The position numbers and the translations under genes were made by a program. From the NCBI RefSeq assembly GCF_009914755.1, contig NC_060936.1: a stretch of 64,000 nt of DNA; one strand, written 5' to 3'. Position 1 is the first letter of the stretch; each line of letters opens with the position of its first letter. Of the stretch, positions 13,625-27,166 are shown piece by piece. The notes below the pieces were generated by a model, which saw nothing but the letters and a program-made list of their open reading frames with translations, made no database searches and had not been told where the DNA came from. The DNA comes from the human T2T-CHM13v2.0 reference genome, Homo sapiens.

Positions 13625-14968
13625 TCCTTACCCCTCTCTTTAAGTGAGATGATGACATACTCAAAGTTAGGAAAAATATGAATGTAGCTCCAAAGAAAGA
13701 CAGAAAAGACATTGGTTGGTAATAATAGACTGCTTCGGAAGGTGATTTCCAAGCCTTGATTCAGGGACTCACCTATAAAAACCCTCATGAGTCCAAAAAT
13801 ATATTCCTCTCACTTTCTGTCCCTCCTACACTACCAGACTGTAGTCTATAAAGTATATCCTACTAGATTATAATCACAACCTCCACCTCTTGGAGCTTCC
13901 AAGATAACCTTAGGGTGGCATAAAATTTTCAAAGGCAGTTTTTCATTTTTCTTTATAAAATTTTTCTTGCCTCCAATCACATTTTCCCTTGGTTATTTCT
14001 GTCACTGAACATCCTAGACAATCTAGTCAAACATCCTAGAGAATCTTCACTTGTGTCCTATGATAGACTTAGAAAACAAACTTATCAGCCTTGTGGCAAC
14101 AGGCTGTGTCAAAATGAAATCCCACAGAAGTTGAATGAAAAGGAATAGAAACAAAAGAAACATATCACCGTTTCTTTAAGGTTGTGGGCATGGAGGTTAG
14201 CTAGTGCTTATTTTCATGGTTGGCATACTATTTGTAACTAAAAGATGCAAACTACTGCAAAAAACCTTCAAGATCAAACATTAAAATGCTGTAAATTCCT
14301 ACAGCTGCACATATTAAGATAGTCTATTTTTTGGCTCTGACATTTTAAACCACCCACTTTCACTCTTATGGTTTATATTACCATCAGAAGCTCTTAATAA
14401 AATAAAGCATTATAGCAAATATAATCTAATAGGCTAAACACACAGAGAAAGAATCAGGAGTTTAAAGTCCTTTCATTTGCTTAGTTTCCCCATCTTTAAC
14501 ATTAAAAAATCATTGGTTCTTGCTTGTTGAAGCAGACTTCCACCTGCTTACTGAATGGAATGGCACTGCGAACAATTCAGCAGTATCTTCTTCCCAAGAG
14601 AAGGGTTGGGATAAAATTAAAAAGCTAAGTTTATTTTAAACCATTCTGGACCATTTTTCAAGGGAGGGGTTATGGACATCATAGAGTTTGGTTCTGTGTC
14701 AATTCACCCTCTACAGAGTAGCTTAATGCATTTCTCTTGATTTCAGGCTTACAAACAGGTCATGGCCAGGGAAGGAAAAAGAAGCAAAAAAAAAATGTTA
14801 TTGCTGCAGAGTCACAGATGTTTTGATTCTGTACCACTATGGTCCAAAAATATTCTTGCATGCCCTTGGGCATGATCTTATGAAAAGACTGAATCTGAGA
14901 TTTGACTGGAAACAGAAATTCATTGTAATTCTAAATTCACTTCAAGGAACACAAAGAGATGGTCATTT

Positions 14969-15618
14969 GTATCAGTTAGGGTTAGACTAGAAAACCAGAG
15001 CCACCATGAGTGATTCAGAAGAAGGGATGTACTATGGGGATCTGACCTTTTACTATTGCTGGGGCTGGTTAAATAGCCTATGTAAGTGTGATGCTTCTGT
15101 GTCTATTATCCAAGTTGAAAGCCAGCAGGGCAGCAGGGCCATTCTGGAAGAGAGGGTGAATGGACTTGAAGTAGGGGGAAGCAAAGGCAAAATGGAACCC
15201 ACAAGGATGAGCTAAAATACATGTCTGTTTTCCACTGCCTTTAAGGCTCCAACTTTAACAATGCAAGAGGCTTGCAAAAAGACTGGCACTCTTCCCTGCA
15301 GAGCTGCATACACACCTGCACCATGATTCCAAGTAGCTGAAAGACGAGATCTGGAGAGCACTGGAGGAGCTGAGGGCCTGGGTGCTGCTGCAAACCAACA
15401 GCATGTTCACCAACATTTCTGTGACAAACTGCAAGAGGCCTGGCAGCAACAAAACCTATGCCAACATTCTGAATGTGATCTTAGCCACTTCACTTTCACC
15501 TTCCAAATCTTGCAGAAATTTTTCTTATGGTCAGCCCTAACCCAGATCATCTTGCAAAGGCAATTCCAAGAAACATAGTCCCAACTTAGCTAAAGTGACA
15601 TAGTGCAAAGCCACCACA
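14969..15618. mobile_element. ERVL-class LTR (MLT2/LTR52-like)
   Basis: TG...CA termini: tgtatcagttagggtt ... agctaaagtgacatagtgcaaagccaccaca. Confidence 0.55.
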
Positions 15619-15929
15619 TCTTGGTAAGCTGCTTTCATATTCCACTGTCCCATCCCCTCAAAACTGGTAGAAGTAGATGGTCTGCAACCCATTTCCTCAT
15701 TTCAAATTTTAGTTCATTTCTTACTTGAAAAAATACATAATTAGTATCTTTACTACCTAAGCAAGCACTTTTATTATTTATTAGTATACAAGCAACCACC
15801 TTTATAGCAAAAAGTATTATGCATCTATAAATTACATTTATTCTTAAGGAAATTTCTAGCTCTCAGTATGCGTAAGATACATTCAATGAATCAAAAATCA
15901 ACTTACATTTTAATAAAAAATATGTTTGG

Positions 15930-17090
15930 AGTATTGCACTGAGAAAGGTCCTGTGAGGAGGACAAAAAGACAAGCTACAGAGTGGGAGAAAATATTTACC
16001 AATCACATACTTGACAAAGTACATGTATCTAGAATATATAAAGAACTTCAATACTCAACATTTAAAAAAACACTTAAAAATGGACAAAAGACACAAAGGC
16101 ACATTTACCAAACTCTTTGGTTTAATATCAGATGTTCAATAGCTTCACCCATTAGGGAATGGTAAATTAATGAGGTACATATATAGGTGTGATATCACTA
16201 CATACCTATCAAAATGGCTACAGTAAAAAACAGCAACAATACAAAGTGCTGGCAGAAATGCACAGAAACTGGATTACTCAGACACTGCGGCTAGGAACAT
16301 CTGGAAAACAGTATGGCAGCTTCATATAAAGCATATGAACATGCAGCCACCATATGGCCCAGCAATTGGACTCCTGGGCATTTAGAACAGAGAAATAAAA
16401 ATCTATGTTTACATAAAAACCTGTAAGTGAATTTTTATAGCAGCTTTATCCCAGCCAAAAGTTGGAAACAACCTAGATGTCCCCAACAGGTGAATGGTTA
16501 TACAAACTGTGGTATATCCATACAATGGAATACAACTCAGCAATAAAAAGGAACAAACTATGGATACATGCAACAGCCTGAATGAAGATCCAGAGACATG
16601 CTGAGTGCAAGAAGCCAATCTCAACAGGTTACATACTATGTGATTCCATTTATACAACAGTATTAAAATGGCAAAATGATAATGGAGAACAGATTCATGG
16701 TTGTTATGGATTTGGGTGAGGGGATTATGGATTAGGCAGTTGTTATAGATTAGGTGTCCATGATTGCAATAAAGAAGTACTGAGGATCCTTGGGATGGAA
16801 TTGTTCCGTATCTTGACTGTGGAGGTACTCTCTGAAATCTACACATATGATAAAGCTGCATAAAACTAAATACACACTTAGTAAAATAAAAAAAATAGAA
16901 GTACATATAAAATGGGTGAAATCTGACTAAATGCTGTAGATTGCATCAATATCAATTTCCTGGTTGTAATATTATACCATAATAATACAGGATGTTACCA
17001 TTGGGGGAAATGGATAGAGTAGAAGGAATCTCTCTATTATTACTTAAAACTGCATGGGAATGCACAATTACATTAAAAAAGTTTTTAAAA
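15930..17090 (+). mobile_element. L1MC-type 3' end
   Basis: Decayed ORF2 C-terminus (KRQATEWEKIF) then L1MC 3' UTR (gatgttaccattggggga...actgcatgggaatgcacaatta). Confidence 0.8.
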
Positions 17091-17774
17091 CGGGTTTGAA
17101 ATCTCAAAGTTTTTGCTCAAACAAGCATAATTTAAGATACAGTTAAAATGGTTTGCACATATTTAAAGGGCCCCTTCAATTGTGTTTTCACTATCTAAAA
17201 TAAAAATCATAAAGACGTAATCTATGTGAAGTATCTAGGCCAATGCTTGGTTCATAGCGAATAGTTAATAAATACGGCTTTCTGTCCTTCCTTGTACCAT
17301 CCTGTAGAGTTGTATGGTTCTAAAATCACTGATATCCTCCAGCTTCATGCTATACCTCAGGTGAATATAAAGAAAACTGTCCAGTCTTATTTAAATCAAT
17401 GCATGTGAGGACAGAAAGACTACTTAACATTCTCTTTCTGAAGAGGCAGTTATCTCTTTCCAATTAGTGCTGTGTTTCTCTTCTAGATTTGCAACTCAAT
17501 CTTCTCAAAAAAAGAGTGTATCTTTCATAGGCAGTAGCATATAATATACAGCAAGCCATGCCTCTTAGACACCAAGCTGCTTGTTACAATCAATGATTAC
17601 CACAAGAGTCCCTCAGCTCTCTTCCTCCTGAATCCCCCAACTCTCCTTTGCCCTTGTTCTGTCAACTCCTAGCCAATTTTCCTCTTAATCAATGGTCTTA
17701 CTTCTTTGTCTACTCCCTCCACCCCTCCCTTATGTGCCTGCTGTCTCCATTATGAAGAAAAATAAAACATTTTA

Positions 17775-18137
<363 letters not shown>

Positions 18138-19249
18138 CTACTCTCCAGCAAGTAGGCACAGGCATTTGACTCTGCCCTTTTTAATTGAAAAATACTCAGA
18201 CCTGTGACCAGGATGGTCTCCATGGCTGTTACAAAGATAGCAAGCACATCTCATGCTGTGAACTTGCACATCCTAAATTAACCAACAACCCTGACTGTAA
18301 TAATGAAAAAGCAGGTCAATCTAGAAGTGAAACATTTATATTTGTCCCAAGGAGATTTTAAGAAACATCTGGGAAACTGAATAGCGAGGTTAGCCAAGGT
18401 TATCTTTCAGTAGAAAACGAGAACAACTTTCTAAGAGAACAAATGTCTATAACACATTCTCTTCAAAGTCAAATATGTAATTTTCTCACTCTCCTTAAAA
18501 ACATTAAACTTTCAGTGGAAGACGTAAGTCAAAAGCCCATGAATTGTTGCCGATTGCTATGGTTTCCTTTTCTGAGTCATCAGAGACACCTGTCAAGAGG
18601 CCTCAGCCTCTCATCCAGAGCAGGCTTTTCAAGCTGCCAACCCAGTCTCAAATAATCATTACCATAAACACGGGTTCCTATTACACCCGTTGCAAAAAGG
18701 CTTAAAACGCCGATAATAGCGCACCAATATTATTTCAACAGTTTTGACCGGCGCGTTAAAATGAACTTCAATGCTGAGCCACATTATAAAGGGTTGAGTC
18801 AAGCTCCTGATTGTGTAAGATAGCATTTCCCTTAAATGAGCACTTCTCTTCTTTCCTCAGAAGCTAGGCTTCTTTTCAAATTAAAGAAAATACTCCACCC
18901 CTCAAAAACCTGGCATATTCTCGGTTCCCTTTACGCTTATTCACACCAGAAACGCTGAATCATGACTCCGAGGTTGTAAAAGAAAAACTATTTCGGCTGG
19001 GGCCCCAGGGTCCCTGGAGAAGCCTAGGCTCTGCGTTACCTCTCTCTGCACCTTCTAAAGTCTAGATCCAGAGAAGTCTGGCAGATTGGAGAGCCTCTGG
19101 GAGCAGCCAAGGGTGCAAGGCGGGGGCTGGGGGGCTCGGGAGAGTTTTCTGCTCCCTCTCCTGAACCCACGCAGCCCTGTCAGCTCAAGGCTCCCGCCTC
19201 GTCTCATCTGAACGAAACCCTTAAGGGGCTGATACACTTCTCATCTGCA

Positions 19250-20830
19250 AAGCTGCCCAACAGCCTCCGAGAAATTCTCTACTTGGAAGCATCGCCACCA
19301 CCGCCACCCCTCCGGAACCCTCTGGGTCCGCGCTAGTCCCACTTGGTCACGATCCGGCAGGCGAAGGGGTGCGGAGGCGGTTTCACCAGCCCGCTCCCAG
19401 CCCTGCCTCGAGAGAGAAGCCCGCTGAGAGGGCAGACAGTTGAGAAACTCGATCCCAACTCCCCAGCCGGCGCCTCCCGAACCGCCCCGAGAGCCCAGAT
19501 TAGCCGGGCAGTGGATCCCGGAGCAAAGTGCCATGCACATCCTGGAGAGGAGGGAGGCGTGGAGGGAAAGGGCGGCAAAAATGAAATGCCCCCAAGTCAG
19601 TCCCGCAACTTCTCCCGGTCCGAGGGACGGGCGGAGGGTAGAGGAGGCAGCGGCGGCTAGCGCGAGGTGAGGGACTCACTTGAAGGTGAGGACGCAGAGC
19701 GGCCGGTAGGACTTGTGGCTGGTGTTCTCGGCCATGCCCTTGCCCCAGAAGTCGTTGGTGAAGATGCCCCAGCGGAGCGGGGCGCCGGGCCGCACGTCGG
19801 GGTTGTTCACGATCGCCCACACGTCGTCGTGCACGAACTCGCCCTGCAGGGAGCGGCCGTAGCACAGGCAGCTTGCCCCGGCCAGCAGCGCCGCGGCCCC
19901 GGCCGGCGCGAGCCCGCAGCCCAGCCGCCGGGAGGGTGTGCGGTCCCCGCCGCCGCCTCGGGCAGAGGTGGTCACCACCATCGCGCCGCCGCCGCCGCTG
20001 CTGCCCTGGCCTCTCCCGGGCGTCTGGCATCCTCCCCTACCGGGGCCCCGGCGGCGCGCGGCGTCTGCCCGGAGGGGGGCTCGGGCATGGTGCTGCAGCA
20101 GCTGGACCCGCCGCGAGCTCCCCGCGCTCCGCCGCCGCCTGCGCCGCGGAGTTGGCCCAGCTGCAAATAAACAGCAGTCCCCCCGCCTCCCCCGGCCATC
20201 GCCACCTCCTGCGCCCCACTGCGCATGCCCGCTCGCTCTCTCTTCCACCGCCCCCCAATCCCGGGACGCGGGCCGGTTCCCCCGCACAGCCCGGCGCCCT
20301 CTGCCCCCGGCCCGCCTTGCTTGCAGGTGGACCGGGGTTCGCGGCGCGCGGCTGCCCGGGAGCTGCGGGGAAGGACACCCCAGGTTCCCACTTGCGGTGT
20401 CCGGCTGTGCTCACCCCCACGCCCCCGCCCCCATCCTTCTCCCCCGAATGGGGCTGGGAAGGGGCACATCTGGCGGACCCCTCCCGGGGGACCCAGGAGG
20501 GTTTAGCAGGTGCGCAGTCTGGAACCCCCACACCCACCTTCCAGGGAGAAAAGTGCCGCTGCTTCCCGGGAAGTTCCCGGCTTTTCAGCACCCGGGACAA
20601 CAGCAGCGGCGCCCGGAGAGACGCTCTCCACCCGCCCCGCGCTCGCGTCCAGTCGCCGGCTCTGTGCTCTCCTGCCCGGGCTTTCTCTCACCCGCCCGGC
20701 GCGGCGTCCCGCTTGGCGGAGGAACCCGCGGGGATAGGGAGCACCTTCCTCAAAGCCAGGAGAAGGGGTCTCCCTGGACAAGGACATCCTGCTCGCCCTG
20801 CCCGGGTGTGTTCAGAGGCGCCACCGGCTC
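19250..20830. promoter_or_regulatory. CpG island / TMTC1 promoter, 5' UTR and exon 1
   Basis: Abrupt rise in GC and CpG density around exon 1. Multiple GC boxes (CCGCCC), CCAAT at 20255-20259, NRF1-like TGCGCATGCC at 20220-20229, forkhead-like AAATAAACA at 20165-20173. Confidence 0.9.
19680..19981 (-). CDS. TMTC1: TMTC1 coding exon 1 (codons 1-100 plus 2 nt; MVVTTSARGGGG...HDDVWAIVNNPDV...SHKSYRPLCVLTF)
   Basis: ATG at 19981-19979 in strong Kozak context (GCG ATG G). Translation has the TMTC-family DD, NDFWG and SHKSYRP motifs. Ends at donor AA|GTGAGT (GT 19679-19678), 302 nt, phase 2. Confidence 0.96.
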
Positions 20831-20866
20831 TTTAACTTTACAGCCCCTTTCTTGGCCCGCACTTAC

Positions 20867-20990
20867 AAAAAGTACCAGGTTCGAGTTTTGGTTTGGGCCT
20901 GGGAGCCGAATTGTCTTCTGAAACATTTCTTATTTTATTGTTTGCTCAAGATAATTTGGGAGATGCCAAGCAAACTACTTTTTCTATCTA
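20867..20990 (-). other. TMTC1: Candidate alternative upstream first exon of TMTC1 (5' boundary approximate)
   Basis: Consensus donor TTT|GTAAGT (GT 20866-20865) at the outer edge of the CpG island. Splicing to exon 2 would leave Met109 (ATG 4291-4289) as first in-frame start, matching my recollection of a shorter annotated TMTC1 isoform. Confidence 0.55.
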
Positions 20991-21041
20991 GCTGGATCAC
21001 TTGGGTCTCATTATTTCCTGGGCTGTGGGCGTGTTTGAACA

Positions 21042-21085
21042 GGGCGGGGAAGAAGGTGGGGATGGGGGGATGGGGAGGTGGGGGC
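21042..21085 (+). promoter_or_regulatory. G-quadruplex-forming motif upstream of the promoter
   Basis: GGGCGGGGAAGAAGGTGGGGATGGGGGATGGGGAGGTGGGGG: six runs of 3 or more G with short loops. Confidence 0.6.
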
Positions 21086-21972
21086 GATTTGTATTAGGGC
21101 CTCTGGCTTTGGCTCCTAAACTTCCTGTCTTTCTGAAAGATTGTTTTCTTTTTTAAAATACTAATTTTAATAATATATCCCAGAGTGATGATTACTAGAA
21201 TTTCTCCAGGTCTGAAAATTCTATTTGTTCTTTCAGGCACCTTCTAAATTTCCATTGCTGAGTGTTAGAAGTTATCAGGAATTTGACACATCCAGATAGA
21301 AAAACTGAAAATAAAAAGTCACCCTTTTATTCTCATCCTCCCCAAACCCTTAAAAAGCTCACCGACATAATCCAGAAATTGTTCCTCTGCTATGAGTATT
21401 TGTGTGGCTCTTTACTATAACAAGTTACTTTTTAAAAAATTTTAAGACATCTGAGCAGTTGAAAAGTCAATGAATTAAGATAAACTTATTGTAACTCAAA
21501 GTACGTTTCACCCATTTTCACTTTGTTTATTTGGTGACTTGAAATTAGTGACTGAGAAATGAAACTGGAAGTCCTGGACATGGATGTTTTCATTCTTCCA
21601 TCAAAATCTTTCACGCTTGGTAACCTTAATATACCGACTTTAATATCTAGACACACCTGAGTCTATTTCCCCGTATAACACACTACAGCCTTTCCTATTC
21701 ACCTATTAACTTAATAAAAATATATTAAGGAGATTCTTTGTGCTACAATGTGCTAAGTATAGGATTGGAAGACCCAAAGCTGCTCGTGTGTGTGCGTCTG
21801 TGTGTGTGGTTAACACCATAAAAGTCTAGCTTTCTAAGTTAACAGCTGATTGGGATAGTGAAATTATCTTTGCTGAAATCATAGTTGAGGTAATAGGTCA
21901 ATGTATCAATCCTTACCTATAATTAACGGAGGCTTTCTAGAGAGAACGTCTTAACCCAAAAGAGTGACTCTA

Positions 21973-22104
21973 GGCCAGGTGCAATGGCTCACACCCGCAA
22001 TCCCAGCACTTTGGGAGGCCAAGGCAGGAGCGTTGCTTGAGGCCAGGAGTTCAAGACTGGCCTGGGCTACAGAGTGAGACCCTGCCTCAAAAAAGAAAAG
22101 AAAA
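21973..22104 (+). mobile_element. FLAM_C / Alu monomer
   Basis: Single left-arm monomer with A tail; TSD AAAAGAGTG..CTCTA. Confidence 0.85.
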
Positions 22105-22497
22105 GAGTGGCCTCTAATAGTAGATTTTTATAGAAAGAAAGTCTTTTTTCCTTCCTCAAATTATCCTTAAGTCATCCTTTTCCAAGGAAGAGCTCTGGCT
22201 ACCCCCTTCTTCTCGGAGTTGTTTTCTTTTTTAGATGGAAACAGTATCAGAGTGCTCCATGACCATGGAGAGTAGTGCAGGACTTGGGACTGAGACTCCA
22301 AAGAGATCATAAAAAGAAGAGATAAAGGAAACCTGAAAGTAGGATTCCTGGTTACCTAATCTTTCCTCTAGGTTCAGTGGCATCTTTATTCTATTTTGCT
22401 CAGATGACAAATTTGAGATTGACTTAAAATAGTGAAATGCTTCAAGTCTTCTCAAGGACAACTGATCAGTGAATATTTTTAAAAATTAGTTCCTTCG

Positions 22498-22879
<382 letters not shown>

Positions 22880-23243
22880 TCAGAGAGAGGTTTACATTGA
22901 TATGCCAGCCCGTCAAGCCATTTGCTTCTCTCTTAAAGTGGAAAACATCCATCTTGACTAATAAAGGGGCCCAAAAGGAAGTTAGATTTAATTCTTGTTA
23001 CTTAGCCTCTAATTATTTTTAAAGGATTGATAATTAGCGCAATACTACCTCCTGAAACGCCTTGTGTCCACTCAAAAGCAATTTATAATAAAACATGAAT
23101 TATTGTAGAAGTACCTCTCTGAGGCTCATATAGATTAAGTCACTCATGCAAATTAAGATGGACCATATTTCTGAAAGAGATTAGGACACAACTAAAAATA
23201 AATCAAGGGCAAGCTATTGTAATAAAACCAATTTCAAATTACT

Positions 23244-23538
23244 GCTAACAACAATTCTTTGCTTGACCAAACTTTAGTTAGTCTTCTGAAACTTCCTAGC
23301 ACCATCATTGTACTTCCTTGTAAAATCCAGTTTTAGCAAAGAACACTACTAAGTCAGTTTGGCAAGAGAGTGATCAGATATCAAGGGTAGGGGGTTCTTG
23401 CTGTATTTGAAGTTGAGTCCAGTCTGTCTTCCCCACTGAAGGACCGCATTGCAGTGGTCCCTATAACTATCATGATGGTCCTGAATAAAGTCTACCATGC
23501 TTTAACAAGTATTGTTGAATAATCTTTTTATTTTAACA
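23244..23538 (+). mobile_element. MER31-family LTR, internally deleted
   Basis: cttgaccaaactttagt...aaaatccagttttagcaaagaac...ctaagtcagttt...ctgaataaagtct...ttttaaca. Confidence 0.55.
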
Positions 23539-24122
23539 CTGCTCCCTGTGCTTTTTTTCAGCCTAATGATGTCCTTTATTCAAATATAACCTATATAAAT
23601 GGCCAAATGCAATATTACAAAGGTGATAATATCGTTTACAAAAGAAATGATACTATAGTTTACATTAAAACATAAATTTTGTTGTCTAGTTGTTTAAATA
23701 TTACTGCTCTTGAAGAAAATACAGAAAAGTAGAAAGAAGAACAAAAAAATTTAAATTACCCCCCAACCCATGGGCCTGTGGTACAGCAGGCAACATGTGC
23801 TCTAAGAAGCTGGCCCAACACCTGACAGGGCAGGTGTCGGACAGCCTGGGGCTGTGCCCAGACCTGGGCCCAGACTGGTGGCAGCAGAAGCAACAGTGGC
23901 AGCCCGGCTGCAGCCCCAGGAGGAAAAAGGGGATCTCCCTGGAGGTAAACTGTCTTTCCTTCCATCCCTAAAGTGTCTCTCTGTGGCATCTGCACGGTAA
24001 TAAAATTTAAGAGTATCAAAAATTATTTGTGACCTTGCATTTTCTGGCACTCAGGCAATAAACTTTGTCAGTATATTACTACAAGATAAAAGTATACATA
24101 GGTACATTGCAATACAAAATAT

Positions 24123-24623
24123 TGCAGGAGAGGAACACTGTCTTTTCTTCCTACCTTTGTTGGTTCCTGGCTGGATCTCTGTAACAAAAGACAGATTAAC
24201 AAGAGAAATGCATACAAATTCGTTTAGTATAAGTTTTTTGTGACACAGGAGACTTCATAAGGAATTGAAGACCCGAAGAAGTAGTTAAACCTGATTGTTT
24301 TCAAAGTATGTTTGCTGAAGAATAAAGAAACATAGAAAAATATGATAGGATAAAAATGGGTATGAACTAAGAGTTGTAAACTGGGGGAACCTTAGCAAGG
24401 CCTGTTTGTTCATATTTATCTGGGAATCACTGCAGCTTTGGAAATAAGGACAATCTCCTTGGAAGATAGGAGGGGCACCTCTCACATGAAGGTCTTATGA
24501 CCTGCTTCATAGGAAGATCAGAAAGTCCTTCCTGCACCTGCCATTTCTTGAATTCCTTTGGCTTAAAATATTCACTAAGTCAAAGGTGTCATATTTTGGG
24601 GCAGCATGTCCTGAACCACATCA
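24123..24623 (-). mobile_element. MER34-like ERV1 LTR inserted in an older hAT (Zaphod-like) fossil
   Basis: Ends catattttggggcagcatgtcctgaaccacatca (reverse of a MER34-type start); aaaagacagattaacaagaga motif. Confidence 0.55.
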
Positions 24624-24947
24624 ATATCAAGGATTTACCAGAATTCTTCAAAGAGTGGAATCTCTGGCTTTGAAAACTGCTGCAACATTGCAAACCTAAT
24701 ATCCATAGTCTTAGAAATTATTGTGTATAATAGAAAAGAACACTATTTTCATCTGAATGTAATTTTAATAACATACATGTTATTTTACATTTGAATACAT
24801 AAATCAAAAAGCTACTTTTAGTGTTTTATACAACCTCTACAACTTATAGGAAATGTCAGAGGAAGCACTAAAATGCCATTGTATAAATTTACATTTTAAA
24901 TTAAAGTCAGACTTATACCAAAGACATTTGAATGAAGAGTTAATCTT

Positions 24948-25239
<292 letters not shown>

Positions 25240-25424
25240 CGAAGGGTTAAATATTTTAAGAAAATCATTCCATTTGAATCAAGAGCTCTAGATGTACTTT
25301 ATATTTCAAAATAAAGTATCAGACATTTATTCCAATGTTGTCATAGCCTATAAAATACTCTAACTGCTCTAGTCACAGTTGAATGAGCAGAGAGATGTTT
25401 CTCCAATTCAAAGAATATTTTATT

Positions 25425-25765
25425 TTAAATCCCGATTCATAGCATTTGCTGATTTCCATGGTGAAAATATTTTCACCATGTTTGATTTCATGCAACCAAT
25501 GTGACCTCACTGAACACAGAGATGGAAAGAGATATACCAAACAGATACAGCAGCTATAAATAAGACCAAGAGTATATTAACGGTGAAATAATTAAAACAT
25601 GATGAGTTTTGAGCATTTATTATACTCATTCAAATCTAATTTGTAGAAATGGTTTATATAATTTAATTTTGTATAAAATTGTGTTTAACAACTGGCTTGC
25701 AAAATTCCTAAGAATGTAAGAATTAATTTTTGTGAATCAGTGTGAGTTCACTCCAGCACATTATC
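25425..25765. mobile_element. MER63-type hAT-Blackjack element
   Basis: agcatttgctgatttccatggtg...aactggcttgcaaaattcct...ctccagcaca. Confidence 0.55.
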
Positions 25766-26056
25766 AAATGAAATATGCTTGGTCATTATTTGTATTATAA
25801 TTTTGAATTTGAGTGATAAGTAATGGGAGGTGTGCTCATTATATTTATGCAGTAAAGAACCTTAGTGAAATAAAGGTCCAACCTTTGCCTCAGCAATTGG
25901 AAGATCACCTCTAGGCCCCCTGCCTAGAATGTCCTACCTCATAGGCATGTGTGTTTTCCTAGAAGTTTGGGCCACTGGACAGTCTAATGCTATGGTTTAT
26001 GGTGGGAGTCTTGAGCCACACAGCATTAGTTCTGACTTCTGGGGAACTGGAGACTA

Positions 26057-26488
26057 AAGGTAGGAAGAGGAACAGAATATGTCTCCCCAAAACATGCCAG
26101 TTTGGCATCAGGATTGTTTTGAGGTGAAGGCAATTAACTCTCGGTGCCCCCATTTTCTGTCTAAAAGCAGGCCGTGAATTTCCATTTTTAAAGGTATCTC
26201 CTCTCATGCTCGAAAAAGAACTACTCCAGAGACAACTCTTAGCACTGGACAGGATGCTTATCTGTGTAGCAAACATACTAAACAACCCTTATTTACCATA
26301 CATTTCCTCTCCTCACTCCCCATGCTGCCCTCACCTCCCTGCCCTCACATTCTCCCTATGCTCCAGAAGTGAATCCCTTTCCCTTTGTCTAGCCTAAGAT
26401 GATATATACGCCCTCAATTCTAACTGCCTCCTTGAGTAACGATTCTTTGGGAACTTTCATGCACGTATATGTAATTAAATCGGTTTTG
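26057..26488 (+). mobile_element. MER34-like LTR, truncated at the adjacent Alu
   Basis: cagaatatgtctccccaaaacatgccagtttggcat..ggattgttttgag. Confidence 0.55.
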
Positions 26489-26490
26489 CC

Positions 26491-27149
<659 letters not shown>

Positions 27150-27166
<17 letters not shown>

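Noticed and set aside
19982-20287. 102-codon in-frame N-terminal extension of TMTC1
   Set aside because: Begins at GTG in the probable promoter region; no in-frame ATG; the recognised protein starts at 19981 with a strong Kozak.
19667-20921. Long plus-strand ORFs (167, 320, 327 aa) antisense to exon 1
   Set aside because: Low-complexity Pro/Arg/Ala/Gly translations expected from a stop-poor CpG island.
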